From: an uncultured Christensenella sp.
Lineage (GTDB): Bacteria > Bacillota > Clostridia > Christensenellales > Aristaeellaceae
DNA: 60,896 nucleotides
Direction: 5' to 3'
Assembly: GCA_964648235.1 (NCBI GenBank)
Contig: CAZYKQ010000002.1
Span: forward strand, 1-60,896
A program made the translations under genes and the position numbers. Positions 17,728 through 27,306 of the stretch are shown piece after piece. The notes under the pieces are model-generated. The model did not search any database. It saw only the letters and a program-made list of their open reading frames with translations, and was not told where the DNA came from. Position 1 is the first letter of the stretch. Each line of letters starts with the position of its first letter.

Positions 17728-18245
17728 CTTTCGCTTTCAATCATACAAACATAATGTTCATCGTCTGTTTTTTGCAGTACTTGCTTTCTCCTGTTTTTAA
17801 GTAGCATTCTGCAACTATTTAAATTCTTACCTTTACCTGTATAGGGTGGTTCATTGGATGGAACACCTCAGCGCTGAACAACCAGTTTGTTCAAAATAAA
17901 CGAATTGGATGTTGGACTTAGCGCCTCGGCCGCTTCTCCCTAATTGAATCTCACTTTCCTGCCCTTCCTGAGTTAATTGTCCCTATCAAGCGTTCAGAGC
18001 ATTCCTTATCCCGATTGACCAATGCATACACACTCAAGGACAAGCAAAAGCATACAAATATTGTACCCAAATATAGTTTTCAAATCATCTCGATACATCT
18101 CATACTTTTATACACCACGTCAGCGCTCTTCTCATGACATGTTTTGATTGACTGGTCTGAAGGGCTATCAAACGCCAGGCAGCCAATTCTCCTGTAAAAC
18201 TCAAGGCAGTCATTTCATACTCATTCCTTGTCTCAAGAGAGAACA

Positions 18246-18282
18246 CAAGCCCGAATGGTGTCAACACGCCATCCGAGGCTTG
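18246..18282 (-). terminator. Candidate ftsH terminator hairpin
   Basis: Minus strand CAAGCCTCGGATGG-CGTGTTGACA-CCATTCGGGCTTG (about 13 bp stem, one bulge, one G-U), followed by TGTTCTCTCTT. The U-tract is imperfect. Confidence 0.4.
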
Positions 18283-18358
18283 CGAGTAAACGTGTAAATC
18301 AGAAAACCAAGTTTTTCCGTTCCTTCCTTCTCTGTCCCACAGCAGTGCAAAAAATTAA

Positions 18359-20254
18359 TTAGGCAGTCAGGGCGGTTTCATCGTTCATGAAGGCGAGGAA
18401 CTCTTCGCGCATCACAGTCTCTTTTTCCATCAGCAGCTTTGCAAGGCCATGAAGCTTATCAATATTATCCTTTAGCGTCTGCATGGTTACTTCGTAGCAG
18501 TTATTTAACGTCGCTGCAACCTCACGATCAATCTCAGCAGCCACATGCTCGCTATATTCCCTGGACTGGCCAAACTCCATACCGACGAAAACCTCCTGAT
18601 CATTGCCCAAATAAATGGTGCCAAGCTTATCACTCATGCCCAGCTTGGTGATCATGTAACGTGCCATCTCCGTAGCGCGCTTCAGGTCAGACTGCGCACC
18701 GGTATAGATATCATTCTCAATGATCTTGATGGCGGCATGGCCGCCAAACATCATGGATATGGTTTGATACATCTTGCTTCTGCTCTGCATATCGAACTCG
18801 CGTTCGGGCAGAGAAAGAGTGAACCCACCAGCCCCGCCTCCGCGAGGGACAATCGTCACAGTATGTACCTCATCACAAAGCGGGAGGTAGTGGCCAACAA
18901 TAGCATGGCCGGCTTCATGGTATGCAACAATCCGGCGGTCTTCTTCAAGTACCTTATGGCTCTTCTTTTCGGGCCCCATCTGAACTTTTTCGACAGCTGA
19001 AGTCAGATCGATCTGGCGAATCTTGGCCTGATGGCTGCGGGCTGCGATCAATGCGCCCTCATTCATTACATTTTCAAGATCTGCGCCGGTGGCAAAAGGT
19101 GTGCGCTTTGCAATATTATCAAGGTCGACATCATCAGCCAGGGGTTTGCCCTTGCTGTGCACTTTCAGGATCGCAATACGCCCGTTTATATCCGGATAAT
19201 TCACATTAACCTGGCGGTCGAAGCGACCTGGCCGAAGAATAGCCGGGTCCAGTATATCCTGACGGTTTGTGGCTGCCATTACAATAACGCCTTCGTTTGT
19301 CGAAAAGCCATCCATTTCAACCAACAACTGGTTGAGTGTCTGCTCCCGCTCATCATGCCCGCCACCAAGGCCTGCACCGCGGTGACGCCCGACGGCATCA
19401 ATCTCGTCGATAAATACGATGCTGGGCGCGCTGCGCTTGGCTTGATCAAACAAATCACGCACACGGCTGGCACCGACACCGACAAACATTTCTACAAAAT
19501 CTGAACCACTGATGGAAAAGAAAGGAACCTTCGCCTCACCGGCAACAGCTTTGGCAAGCAAAGTTTTGCCTGTGCCGGGAGGGCCCACCAGAAGTACCCC
19601 TTTGGGAATTCGGGCACCGAGCTCAAGATATTTTTTAGGTTCTTTTAGGAAATCAACAATTTCCTTCAGTTCTTCCTTTTCTTCATCAGCACCCGCAACA
19701 TCGGCAAAGGTGATCTTATTTTTATTGGGATCGACCATATTGGCATGGCTTTTCCCAAAACTCATCACTTTGGAGTTACCCCCTGTTTGCTGACGCATCA
19801 TCATATACCAGAACACCATCACCAGACCCAATGGGATCAGGAAAGGCATCATTTCAATATACCAGGGGGTCACCACCGGAGCAAGATATTCAAGCCGCAG
19901 TTTGCGGCCGCCAAACTCTATCTCATTAAGGCTGACCTTTGCAGGATCGACATCATTCTGGGACGCATACATACGTGTCAGCGTTTCAATAAAATCGGGG
20001 CCTATGGTGCTTTCAAAATCAAATCTGGCAGGGAAGTCTGATTCGGATACAACACTGGGCATGTTTAGCCCATAAAGCGTATTGCCGCGTATAGCGATGC
20101 GCGAAACCTTGCCATCCGAAATGTTTTGCAGTAAATCAGGATACTTGACCCTTGTCGTTGGGATAGAAATGCTCTCTGATATCATGTACGCCACCAATAA
20201 GAAAGCGACGATCATGAATATATATCCAAGTGCTCCGCGAGATTTTCGCAACAA
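18359..20254 (-). CDS. ftsH: ATP-dependent zinc metalloprotease FtsH
   Basis: Two N-terminal TMs, AAA Walker A GPPGTGKT, zinc motif HEAGHA. TTG start 5 nt after GGAGGA. tilS-hpt-ftsH synteny. Confidence 0.97.
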   Translation of the reverse strand: MLRKSRGALGYIFMIVAFLLVAYMISESISIPTTRVKYPDLLQNISDGKVSRIAIRGNTLYGLNMPSVVSESDFPARFDFESTIGPDFIETLTRMYASQNDVDPAKVSLNEIEFGGRKLRLEYLAPVVTPWYIEMMPFLIPLGLVMVFWYMMMRQQTGGNSKVMSFGKSHANMVDPNKNKITFADVAGADEEKEELKEIVDFLKEPKKYLELGARIPKGVLLVGPPGTGKTLLAKAVAGEAKVPFFSISGSDFVEMFVGVGASRVRDLFDQAKRSAPSIVFIDEIDAVGRHRGAGLGGGHDEREQTLNQLLVEMDGFSTNEGVIVMAATNRQDILDPAILRPGRFDRQVNVNYPDINGRIAILKVHSKGKPLADDVDLDNIAKRTPFATGADLENVMNEGALIAARSHQAKIRQIDLTSAVEKVQMGPEKKSHKVLEEDRRIVAYHEAGHAIVGHYLPLCDEVHTVTIVPRGGGAGGFTLSLPEREFDMQSRSKMYQTISMMFGGHAAIKIIENDIYTGAQSDLKRATEMARYMITKLGMSDKLGTIYLGNDQEVFVGMEFGQSREYSEHVAAEIDREVAATLNNCYEVTMQTLKDNIDKLHGLAKLLMEKETVMREEFLAFMNDETALTA

Positions 20255-20372
20255 GAAGATCCTCCTTCAGTAACAATCCTTATAATTATAACACGCAATT
20301 TCCTGCCTAAGCAAGCAAAGAAGCGTTTATCAATACACTTACTCAGGAATAATCCGGCAGGCAAAGATGATG

Positions 20373-20939
20373 TTAGTTTTCCGAGTAAATTTTGGGGTCG
20401 AGTACACCGATATCAGGTAGATTTCTATATTTTTCCGCATAGTCAAGCCCATAGCCAACAACAAACTCATTGGGGATGGTGAAACAAACATAATCTACCT
20501 TCAGTTCATTCTTTCTTCTTTCCGGCTTATCCAGCAGAGTAGCCAGTTTAACTGACCTTGCCCCGCGCTTTGAAAGAACATCCATAATGTAAGCAAGCGT
20601 CAAGCCACTGTCAACGATATCCTCGATGACCAATACATCTTTATCTTGTACGGATTGATCCAAGTCTTTTTGAACACGGACCTCGCCGGAAGTCTTAGTG
20701 CTGTTTCCATAGCTGGAGATCGCCATAAAGTCAACCGTCAGCGGCAAATCAATCTCTCTGATCAAATCACTGAAAAAAAGAACAGCGCCTTTAAGAATGC
20801 AAACACACATCAAATTCTTTCCTTCATATTCAGAATTAAGACGTGCGGCCAGCTTCTTGACCGCTTCTTGTAATTCATCCCGCCCGATCAGCACCTTGGT
20901 AAGATCATCATACAATGCTCTATTATAGCTCATGTTCAC
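20373..20939 (-). CDS. hpt: Hypoxanthine phosphoribosyltransferase
   Basis: PRPP-binding motif VLVIEDIVDSGLTL, 188 aa, between tilS and ftsH. Confidence 0.95.
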   Translation of the reverse strand: MNMSYNRALYDDLTKVLIGRDELQEAVKKLAARLNSEYEGKNLMCVCILKGAVLFFSDLIREIDLPLTVDFMAISSYGNSTKTSGEVRVQKDLDQSVQDKDVLVIEDIVDSGLTLAYIMDVLSKRGARSVKLATLLDKPERRKNELKVDYVCFTIPNEFVVGYGLDYAEKYRNLPDIGVLDPKIYSEN

Positions 20940-22251
20940 TATGCTCCCTCACATCTTTTTCTACCTCATCCGGCAGACGGCCGCAATAGGCGAGCGTCTT
21001 GCTCCTTCTCGTATCCCTGCTCAGAGCTGCTGTCTGCGCCATTCCGAAACCCGCTACCCATAGTACATCCTGCCCCTTAGCCAACACCGGCCACTGGTTT
21101 CTAAACGGACGATCCATATGCCGATTAATCAGATAATCGCTCAAGCTCTGCGTCCCTTGCATACCAAGCGGCATAATCCTGTCTGCGGGTCTTCGATACC
21201 TTAGTTGGGCTCCCTCAAGCAGATCTGCGTCAAACACTTCAACGCGCCGCCTGTTCCCCTTGTGGCCATCAATTTCACGCAAAGTTCCCAGCGCCAAAGG
21301 CGGGCTATGAGGCTTGACGACGTGCAAACGCCCGCCTGTTCTGAAAGCTTTCGCCCCGCCGGAGAGGTTAAGGCTCTCACGAGGGAGCAACATTGGCATT
21401 CCCTCCAGCTGCTCCCGATCCGGCGTGATCTCCGCTCTTATACAGAAGGCACGTAACACACGCCGACGCGCGGCCAGATGAAGTGTATCAAAGTTCTGCG
21501 TATTTAGAAAGAGGCAAGATGGGTGCAACGAAGCGTTCTCTTCAAGCCAGGCCGTTGAAAACTGATGCCAATAGTCCTCTTCAACGCCCAGAAGTCTTCC
21601 CGTAGCAGCGATGTTTGGAACACAATCAGGCGATAACTCTTCCATCATTGGGATCAGGCGGATTCGAATAGCATTGCGTGTAAAGCGAATATCTCCGTTG
21701 CTTTCGTCATCCCTCCATACAATCCCCTCACGCTTCAGATAGCCCTCTGTCTCACTGCGTCTGATGCTAAGCAAGGGGCGCCAGATTTGTCGAGTATATT
21801 CCCGCATAGAAGACAATCCTGATGGGCCCGCACCGCGCATCAAGCGCATTAGTACCGTTTCTGCTTGATCATCCATATGATGGCCGAGAGCCAGTGTGTT
21901 CGCCCCGTTTTGAACCATTGCTTGTTCAAATGCGGCGTAACGCGCCGTCCGCGCATTTGCTTCCAAGTTTCCACGGCGGGATACACCAACATGAATGATC
22001 TTCAGCTTCAGCCCCCATGCACGGCACAACTCTTCCACAAAGCGCTCATCCTTCAGGGCATTCCCGCGAAGTTGATGATTGACATGCACGCAGTTTAATT
22101 CAAACTTTTTTTCGCAACTCAACCGCAGGAGCAAATGAGCAAGGCATACAGAATCCGCTCCTCCGGACAGTCCTAACAAGATGGACTTCGGCTCGCCCAT
22201 CATCTCATATGAGGTCTTCAGTTTATCAAATAGCGTCTTCGAATCTTTCAT
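20923..22251 (-). CDS. tilS: tRNA(Ile)-lysidine synthase
   Basis: PP-loop LGLSGGADS, 442 aa, upstream of hpt. Confidence 0.95.
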   Translation of the reverse strand: MKDSKTLFDKLKTSYEMMGEPKSILLGLSGGADSVCLAHLLLRLSCEKKFELNCVHVNHQLRGNALKDERFVEELCRAWGLKLKIIHVGVSRRGNLEANARTARYAAFEQAMVQNGANTLALGHHMDDQAETVLMRLMRGAGPSGLSSMREYTRQIWRPLLSIRRSETEGYLKREGIVWRDDESNGDIRFTRNAIRIRLIPMMEELSPDCVPNIAATGRLLGVEEDYWHQFSTAWLEENASLHPSCLFLNTQNFDTLHLAARRRVLRAFCIRAEITPDREQLEGMPMLLPRESLNLSGGAKAFRTGGRLHVVKPHSPPLALGTLREIDGHKGNRRRVEVFDADLLEGAQLRYRRPADRIMPLGMQGTQSLSDYLINRHMDRPFRNQWPVLAKGQDVLWVAGFGMAQTAALSRDTRRSKTLAYCGRLPDEVEKDVREHSEHEL

Positions 22252-22423
22252 AGGGTTACAGTATACAATAAAACAACAAAATAATATAAGCGTTCAAACT
22301 GAAAAATCTGTATTGCCATCGCTCTGTTCATAAGACACAGCACACAGGAAAAACATGCGAAGGCTCTGCCAACAGATGACCATCTCCGCTAGTCCCTTGT
22401 TGATAATCTGAACAGTTTATCAA

Positions 22424-22456
22424 GCGGACCGCAGGGGTTTAATACCCGCGGTCCGC
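22424..22456 (-). terminator. Hairpin after the sigma/anti-sigma/SIMPL operon
   Basis: GCGGACCGC-N15-GCGGTCCGC, a perfect 9-bp GC-rich stem 19 nt after the SIMPL stop. The trailing T-tract is weak. Confidence 0.45.
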
Positions 22457-22474
22457 ACTTAGATTACATATTAT

Positions 22475-23182
22475 TCAGTCGATATTAAAGGTCAATATAA
22501 CGTTGGAGGAAACTACGATCTCTCCGCTGACAATGGAGGCCCCTCTTGAAACATTCCCTTCATAAGCAACCTGACTTCTGGCATCATAATAGGTTCCATA
22601 ATCATATTGACTTTCGATCTGAATAATATCGCCCAGTGTTTTACCTGAAGCCTTTGCCAGAACCTCAGCCTTTGATCGGGCATCTTCCACGGCGAGTTCA
22701 AGCGCTTTCTTGTTTGCTTCTTTTTCTTCAGAGGAACTAAAGGTCAATCCATAGATCTGATTGACCCCGGCCTTGGTTGCCGCGTCGATCACCTTCCCGA
22801 TGTTTTCCAGATTACGGACCCTGATATTCAACATGTTATTGACATTGTATACAGGATCAGCTTTTCGGATACTGCCGTATTCTTCATAAGGAACCTCGGT
22901 ATAAACGCTGTAGTTGCTGGTAACAATGTCTTTTTCTTCAATTCCGAGCCCCTTCAACGCAATCAGTACCTTGCCAATAATTTCATCGCTTTGCTGCTGA
23001 GCGGCCTCTACGGTTGTATCCTTGGTAGTTGTCCCCAGTTCAATGCTGGCGGTATCAGCAGGTAAACCAACCGTCGCGTTCCCTACAACAATTAGTCTGC
23101 GTTCGTTTCCCTCTGCTGATACAGGAAGGCAGAAAGCTAAAACCAGAGCCAGGGTCAGTGATGCGGATAGCAGTCTTTTCAT
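22475..23182 (-). CDS. SIMPL (DUF541) domain secreted protein
   Basis: Signal peptide ending VSA-EG. SIMPL-like repeats (LIVVGNATVGLPADTASIELGTTTKDTTVEAAQ...). ATGA overlap with the anti-sigma stop. Confidence 0.85.
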   Translation of the reverse strand: MKRLLSASLTLALVLAFCLPVSAEGNERRLIVVGNATVGLPADTASIELGTTTKDTTVEAAQQQSDEIIGKVLIALKGLGIEEKDIVTSNYSVYTEVPYEEYGSIRKADPVYNVNNMLNIRVRNLENIGKVIDAATKAGVNQIYGLTFSSSEEKEANKKALELAVEDARSKAEVLAKASGKTLGDIIQIESQYDYGTYYDARSQVAYEGNVSRGASIVSGEIVVSSNVILTFNID

Positions 23183-24366
23183 TTCTTTTTTCTCCTCACA
23201 ATTTTTTTAATAATAAGAAATACAATAGCAAGAATAAGCAGGTAAGGCACTGTGACACTGAGTAATATGACCAGGTTTTCCAGGAAATCGACCACAACCA
23301 TCCATGCATCTGAAACAGCCAGGCGAATGCGCTCAACTAAACTCAGTTCAGTAGGAGAAGGCGTTACAACCTCCTCGGTCATATAGAGAGTTACCGTGCT
23401 GTAGTCCACCTTGCTGTCCATTCCCCGAAGAGAACCTGTCAGCCGATCAATCTGATACTGGGTCTCGGCGATTTCACGCTCGATTTCTAAAACATCCTCA
23501 ACCAGGCTTGCCTTGGATAGCAGGTCAAGCAAACGATCCATCTTTGTTGTTTGAGTTTTCAATCGGGTACTGGTATCACTGTAACGCTCGCTGACATCTT
23601 CTTGCGACTCAGTCACAGATACTGTCTGAGCTATACCCTTCACCTGACTCAAATAGGCATCCAGATTATCTTTGGGAATCCTGAGTGTGAAATTCGCATA
23701 TCTGCGGCTTCCCCGGTCAGCGGCTATATCTGAGTACTCCACATAGCCTTTGTGCTCCGCCAAAGCGGCATTCAATTTAACCAGGTCCTCATCAAACGCG
23801 CGCGTATTCAGGCTTAGTCTGATGGTCCTGATGATCTTCTGCGGAGAAACACTTTCACCCGAGCCGCTCACGGGCGCAGCATCTTCGCTAGCGCTGTCAT
23901 AAGAGGCCTCGCTCATCATCATGGCAGGTTCTGAAGCAGTCACATTGCTGCTTGAACCCATCGCGTAGTAATTGGGCATCCCCGAGTCATATTCCTTGGA
24001 AGCGGAGTATACGGCATTGGGCTTTGACTGATTAACCAGCCATGTTCCACCGAACACAAACACCAACGAGGCAGCAACCGCAAGCCACTTTTTGGCTGAA
24101 AAAGGAATAATCCTGCGCCGCTTTTCCTTGGGTTGATCTGTCATGATACTATCCTCCTGTTCCCGTACAGCTTGCCTCCAAGAGGTTGAAAAGCTTGCTG
24201 GTACCTCACAGCCCTCATCCAATTTTTGGCAGTCCTTTCGTATCTCAAGAAGCAGCCTGCAATCCTCGCAACTTTCCAAATGCTGTTGACATTGAACGGA
24301 CTTATCCGCGTCCAGGCTATTATCAAGATACTGATCGAGAAGGCCGGAAAACTCTTCACAGGTCAT
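23179..24366 (-). CDS. Anti-sigma factor: N-terminal zf-HC2, TM, C-terminal DUF4349
   Basis: HLESCEDC zf-HC2 motif, central TM (WLAVAASLVFVFGG), DUF4349-like region (IIRTIRLSLNTRAFDEDL...VDYSTVTLYMTEE), terminal TM. ATGA overlap with the sigma stop. Confidence 0.85.
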   Translation of the reverse strand: MTCEEFSGLLDQYLDNSLDADKSVQCQQHLESCEDCRLLLEIRKDCQKLDEGCEVPASFSTSWRQAVREQEDSIMTDQPKEKRRRIIPFSAKKWLAVAASLVFVFGGTWLVNQSKPNAVYSASKEYDSGMPNYYAMGSSSNVTASEPAMMMSEASYDSASEDAAPVSGSGESVSPQKIIRTIRLSLNTRAFDEDLVKLNAALAEHKGYVEYSDIAADRGSRRYANFTLRIPKDNLDAYLSQVKGIAQTVSVTESQEDVSERYSDTSTRLKTQTTKMDRLLDLLSKASLVEDVLEIEREIAETQYQIDRLTGSLRGMDSKVDYSTVTLYMTEEVVTPSPTELSLVERIRLAVSDAWMVVVDFLENLVILLSVTVPYLLILAIVFLIIKKIVRRKKK

Positions 24367-24935
24367 TTCGTTTTCCTCCTTTCATCAATAGGACGCTCCT
24401 TGTCATTGAAAAGTTCCATATCGGCTGATAAAATGTTTTTTAAACTTATCCTTCCTCTGTTGAGCCGGCTTCTTATTGTGCCAATTGGGCAATCCATTGC
24501 AATCGCAGCCTCCTCATAGCTCATCCCCTGCAGATCGCAGAGAACAAGCGTCATCCGCTGGTTCTCAGGCAACATGGAAATGCCCTTTTCAAGCATCTTT
24601 TTCCTTTCAGCGGACTCCAGCCTCATATAAGGCGAAGGGCTTACATCCTCTTTTTCCCAACCGCCTTCCTCCAAGTCATTCAACGACACTTCCTCTTTGC
24701 GCGCACGCAAAGCATCCATGCAACAATGGGTTGCGATGGTATATAACCATGTGCTCAACTTTGAATCCCCCCGAAATGAGGAAAAGCTTTTATACGCTTT
24801 CAGCATTGCTTCCTGCGCACAATCCTCGGCGTCCTGCGGGTTGCCCATCATGCGCAGACAGGTAAAATAAATTTGACGTTCATAGGGCGAGACAGCTTCT
24901 TCGAAGATGTCGGCGCTTTTTTGAAAAATTGACAT
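24363..24935 (-). CDS. ECF-type RNA polymerase sigma-70 family factor
   Basis: 190 aa. Region 2 (DAEDCAQEAMLKAYKSF...STWLYTIA) and region 4 HTH (MSYEEAAIAMDCPIGTIRSRLNRGR). Confidence 0.9.
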   Translation of the reverse strand: MSIFQKSADIFEEAVSPYERQIYFTCLRMMGNPQDAEDCAQEAMLKAYKSFSSFRGDSKLSTWLYTIATHCCMDALRARKEEVSLNDLEEGGWEKEDVSPSPYMRLESAERKKMLEKGISMLPENQRMTLVLCDLQGMSYEEAAIAMDCPIGTIRSRLNRGRISLKNILSADMELFNDKERPIDERRKTK

Positions 24936-25034
24936 TTTACCGCCTTCCTTGTCTTACTTTGTGATTCTATTATACAACGTTGAAAGCCGCCCAAACCTTG
25001 CACAAGGGGATTAAAAAGCTTTTATGTACAGATG

Positions 25035-25063
25035 TTGATTTTAATGCAGGTGTTTAGTATACT
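25035..25063 (+). promoter_or_regulatory. Putative sigma-A promoter of the TetR-family gene (TTGATT-17-TATACT)
   Basis: TTGATT 25035-25040, 17-nt spacer, TATACT 25058-25063. The 8-bp palindrome AGTATACT overlaps the -10. AGGAGGA RBS follows. Confidence 0.4.
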
Positions 25064-25093
25064 TAGCGGCATATTCTGTGCAAGGAGGATCCT

Positions 25094-25711
25094 ATGCCTA
25101 AACCTCAGCCCGATCGCCGCCCGCAAAAAACGAAGCGTGCATTGAAACAAGTTCTGGTTGATCTGCTTCAAACCAGAGACTTGCAAACCATCAGCATCAA
25201 GGAGATCACTGATCTGGCCGACATCAGCAGAGGGACCTTCTACCTGCATTACGATGATATTTTTGCTCTCTATCAGGCAATTGAGTCTGACGTTATCGAA
25301 AATATTACGTCAATTATTCAAACAAAAGTACCTTTTCAGGATGAGGATGAGCTTGATAAAATCATCAGCGCGATCTTCGAATATCTGACTGATCATATTA
25401 AAGAATGTGATGCTCTGCTTAGAACAGACAGCGCTTCTTTTTTATCGGGTGTCTTTGAGCGAAACCGTCCCAAGGTTTCCGAAACCTGGGAGACTTCCTA
25501 TGGGTCAAAAGAGCATATGAAGGCCTACTCTTATATCTTTTTAAGCCACGGTTTTGCGGGAATTTTAAAGCATTGGATTGCCTTTGGCAAACTTGAAACG
25601 CCCAGACAGATTGCTGGTATTGTTAAACGCATGTTAAGTTACATGTTTTTTGACGCCACTCAGAACCAGTCGGTTTTGGGAATAGAGAGCATTAACGGGA
25701 ACCAGCCATAA
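25094..25711 (+). CDS. TetR/AcrR family transcriptional regulator
   Basis: N-terminal HTH (ISIKEITDLADISRGTFYLHY), 205 aa. Confidence 0.9.
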   Translation: MPKPQPDRRPQKTKRALKQVLVDLLQTRDLQTISIKEITDLADISRGTFYLHYDDIFALYQAIESDVIENITSIIQTKVPFQDEDELDKIISAIFEYLTDHIKECDALLRTDSASFLSGVFERNRPKVSETWETSYGSKEHMKAYSYIFLSHGFAGILKHWIAFGKLETPRQIAGIVKRMLSYMFFDATQNQSVLGIESINGNQP

Positions 25712-26799
25712 AGGCTGTCCTCTGATTCCTGCAAAACGCCAATGGGCGATAAAAAGCGCCTTATTGCTTGTTGGGGTGTCATTATAATACGGGGATAGTC
25801 TTTGCTATGCATCGAAAGCTCATCAACATGCGGCTCATTATTTTTCACATATAATCTAAGCTTGGCCTCACCGTTTACTTCCACCACCGCTTCACCGTCG
25901 TTCATCTGTTGAAACCGCGCTTTAAAACTCATCAATTTCTGAAGAACTGTCTGCCATCTGAGCACACGAACCATCATGGTATCATGAAGCGACCATGACT
26001 CTGACACGGCGCCCAGTACCGCAACCGCTTTCTTTTGGTGCGTAGGGACAACTATATTAAAACTTTTGCAGCCTTTAAAGTGCTGCCATGAACATACCAG
26101 TTCTTCCCATTTTGGTCCTCCGATAGAAGCATACTCATAGATATGATTCCCTTGAGCATAAACATATCCTCTGACATTACCGCGAGACATCAACATATAG
26201 CATTGTCCATTTTCTGTGCGCATGATGTCTGTGAAATCTTCCCGCTTGCGCTCAGCAAGCATATCAAGAGCACAATAAGCGTCATATATGGCATCCATCT
26301 GCTTTACGTCAGCATCCTTCAAAGGGACAAAATCAAGTGTCTCTTTTGCGGGAAGTTCTCTTAAGTTTTCAACTTGCAAACAAAAAGTAAGAACCGGCGC
26401 ACATCTCTCAAAACCATAATGATTATATCGCTGACGTTGTCCTCCAAGTATCAACAGGTCCATGGCTTCATTTTTTGCTCGTTCAACGGACATTTGCATC
26501 AGTTGCTTCATATACCCTTTCCCTCGCTCTTGCGGATGGGTGGCAACTGTTCCCAGATAACCAGCCGATAAGCTTTCTTCCTTTCCAAGCCTGAGTTTTA
26601 TCGGCTTGACCGCTATGCTTGATACAAGGCGGTTGTTTACATCTTTGGCTATGATATGAAGGTTAGAAAAACCTTTGCGTCCGTAAATAGCCGGATACAT
26701 CTCTTTGAAATCAATAGGCCCTGACGCCATAGCGAAGACCATGTTTGAGAAATCAAGTATCTCACGTTCTTCATCCAATCGGGCAATTCTATATTCCAT
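25660..26799 (-). CDS. Eis-like GNAT N-acetyltransferase (GNAT plus C-terminal SCP2-like domain)
   Basis: Acetyl-CoA motif THPQERGKGYMKQLM. ATG 26799 (MEYRIARLDEE) preceded by AGAGGA. The longer TTG 26892 start lacks support. Confidence 0.85.
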   Translation of the reverse strand: MEYRIARLDEEREILDFSNMVFAMASGPIDFKEMYPAIYGRKGFSNLHIIAKDVNNRLVSSIAVKPIKLRLGKEESLSAGYLGTVATHPQERGKGYMKQLMQMSVERAKNEAMDLLILGGQRQRYNHYGFERCAPVLTFCLQVENLRELPAKETLDFVPLKDADVKQMDAIYDAYCALDMLAERKREDFTDIMRTENGQCYMLMSRGNVRGYVYAQGNHIYEYASIGGPKWEELVCSWQHFKGCKSFNIVVPTHQKKAVAVLGAVSESWSLHDTMMVRVLRWQTVLQKLMSFKARFQQMNDGEAVVEVNGEAKLRLYVKNNEPHVDELSMHSKDYPRIIMTPQQAIRRFLSPIGVLQESEDSLYGWFPLMLSIPKTDWF

Positions 26800-26824
26800 C
26801 ACACATCCTCTATTCAAAGAAATT

Positions 26825-26865
26825 ATTGCGGATACAGAATAACGAAAGCGGATACGAATGGCAAT
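26825..26865. repeat. Direct repeat GCGGATAC(A)GAAT x2 flanked by inverted ATTGC/GCAAT
   Basis: 26828-26840 GCGGATACAGAAT and 26848-26859 GCGGATACGAAT, 20 nt start to start. Flanks are ATTGC 26825-26829 and GCAAT 26861-26865. Lies 26-66 nt upstream of the GNAT ATG. Confidence 0.6.
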
Positions 26866-27306
26866 ATCAAATGTAAAATAACTGTGAACCAATTTACTTT
26901 TCGTCTGTTTAAGTCTATCATATATTGACTTCGCAATAGAAAGGAGGCGGACTAAAGATATAGTCTTCGAGGTAATTATTTGCTGCGGAAATCCATATTT
27001 TTTGATTTATCAATGCCGATTTTAAGACCTCCATTGTCTTGGGCAGGTTAACCCGTATAAGCCTTTTGCAATAAATTAAAGTTCTTTATGTGGTAAAAAG
27101 TCCCGCCCAGGCTTTGCTTGTCAGTTGTATGGAAAAGCGTCAGCACACCTATGTCTCTTGACGTTTTGATCGTTATATCTATGACTTACACATTGCAGAG
27201 TTTGAAATCGAATGATACACTGCTCATGCTTGGTTGAAAGACTGCACCCAGGCTTAGCAATTTCTTAAATTAGGCATAAAGTTAGATATGTGCAAAGGAT
27301 GCTTGT

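Noticed and set aside
17842-17850. T-box-like TAGGGTGGT on the plus strand inside the 631-bp spacer.
   Set aside because: Only 9 nt match. The following ACCGCG of the T-box consensus is absent, and no plus-strand gene lies downstream to be regulated.
17914-17927. GAGGCGCTAAGTCC on the minus strand, resembling the RNase P RNA GAGGAAAGTCC element.
   Set aside because: A 4-nt insertion disrupts the universally conserved motif, and the other RNase P hallmarks are missing. I also saw no tmRNA or SRP RNA signatures (tRNA-like 3-prime end, tag ORF).
27100-27122. GCAAAGCCTGGGCGGGAC (minus strand), resembling the ACGCAAAGCC core of c-di-GMP-I (GEMM) riboswitches.
   Set aside because: The upstream GGGCAAACC-type first hairpin and the tetraloop-receptor arrangement are absent, and the match is short. 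I treat it as chance unless a covariance-model scan says otherwise.
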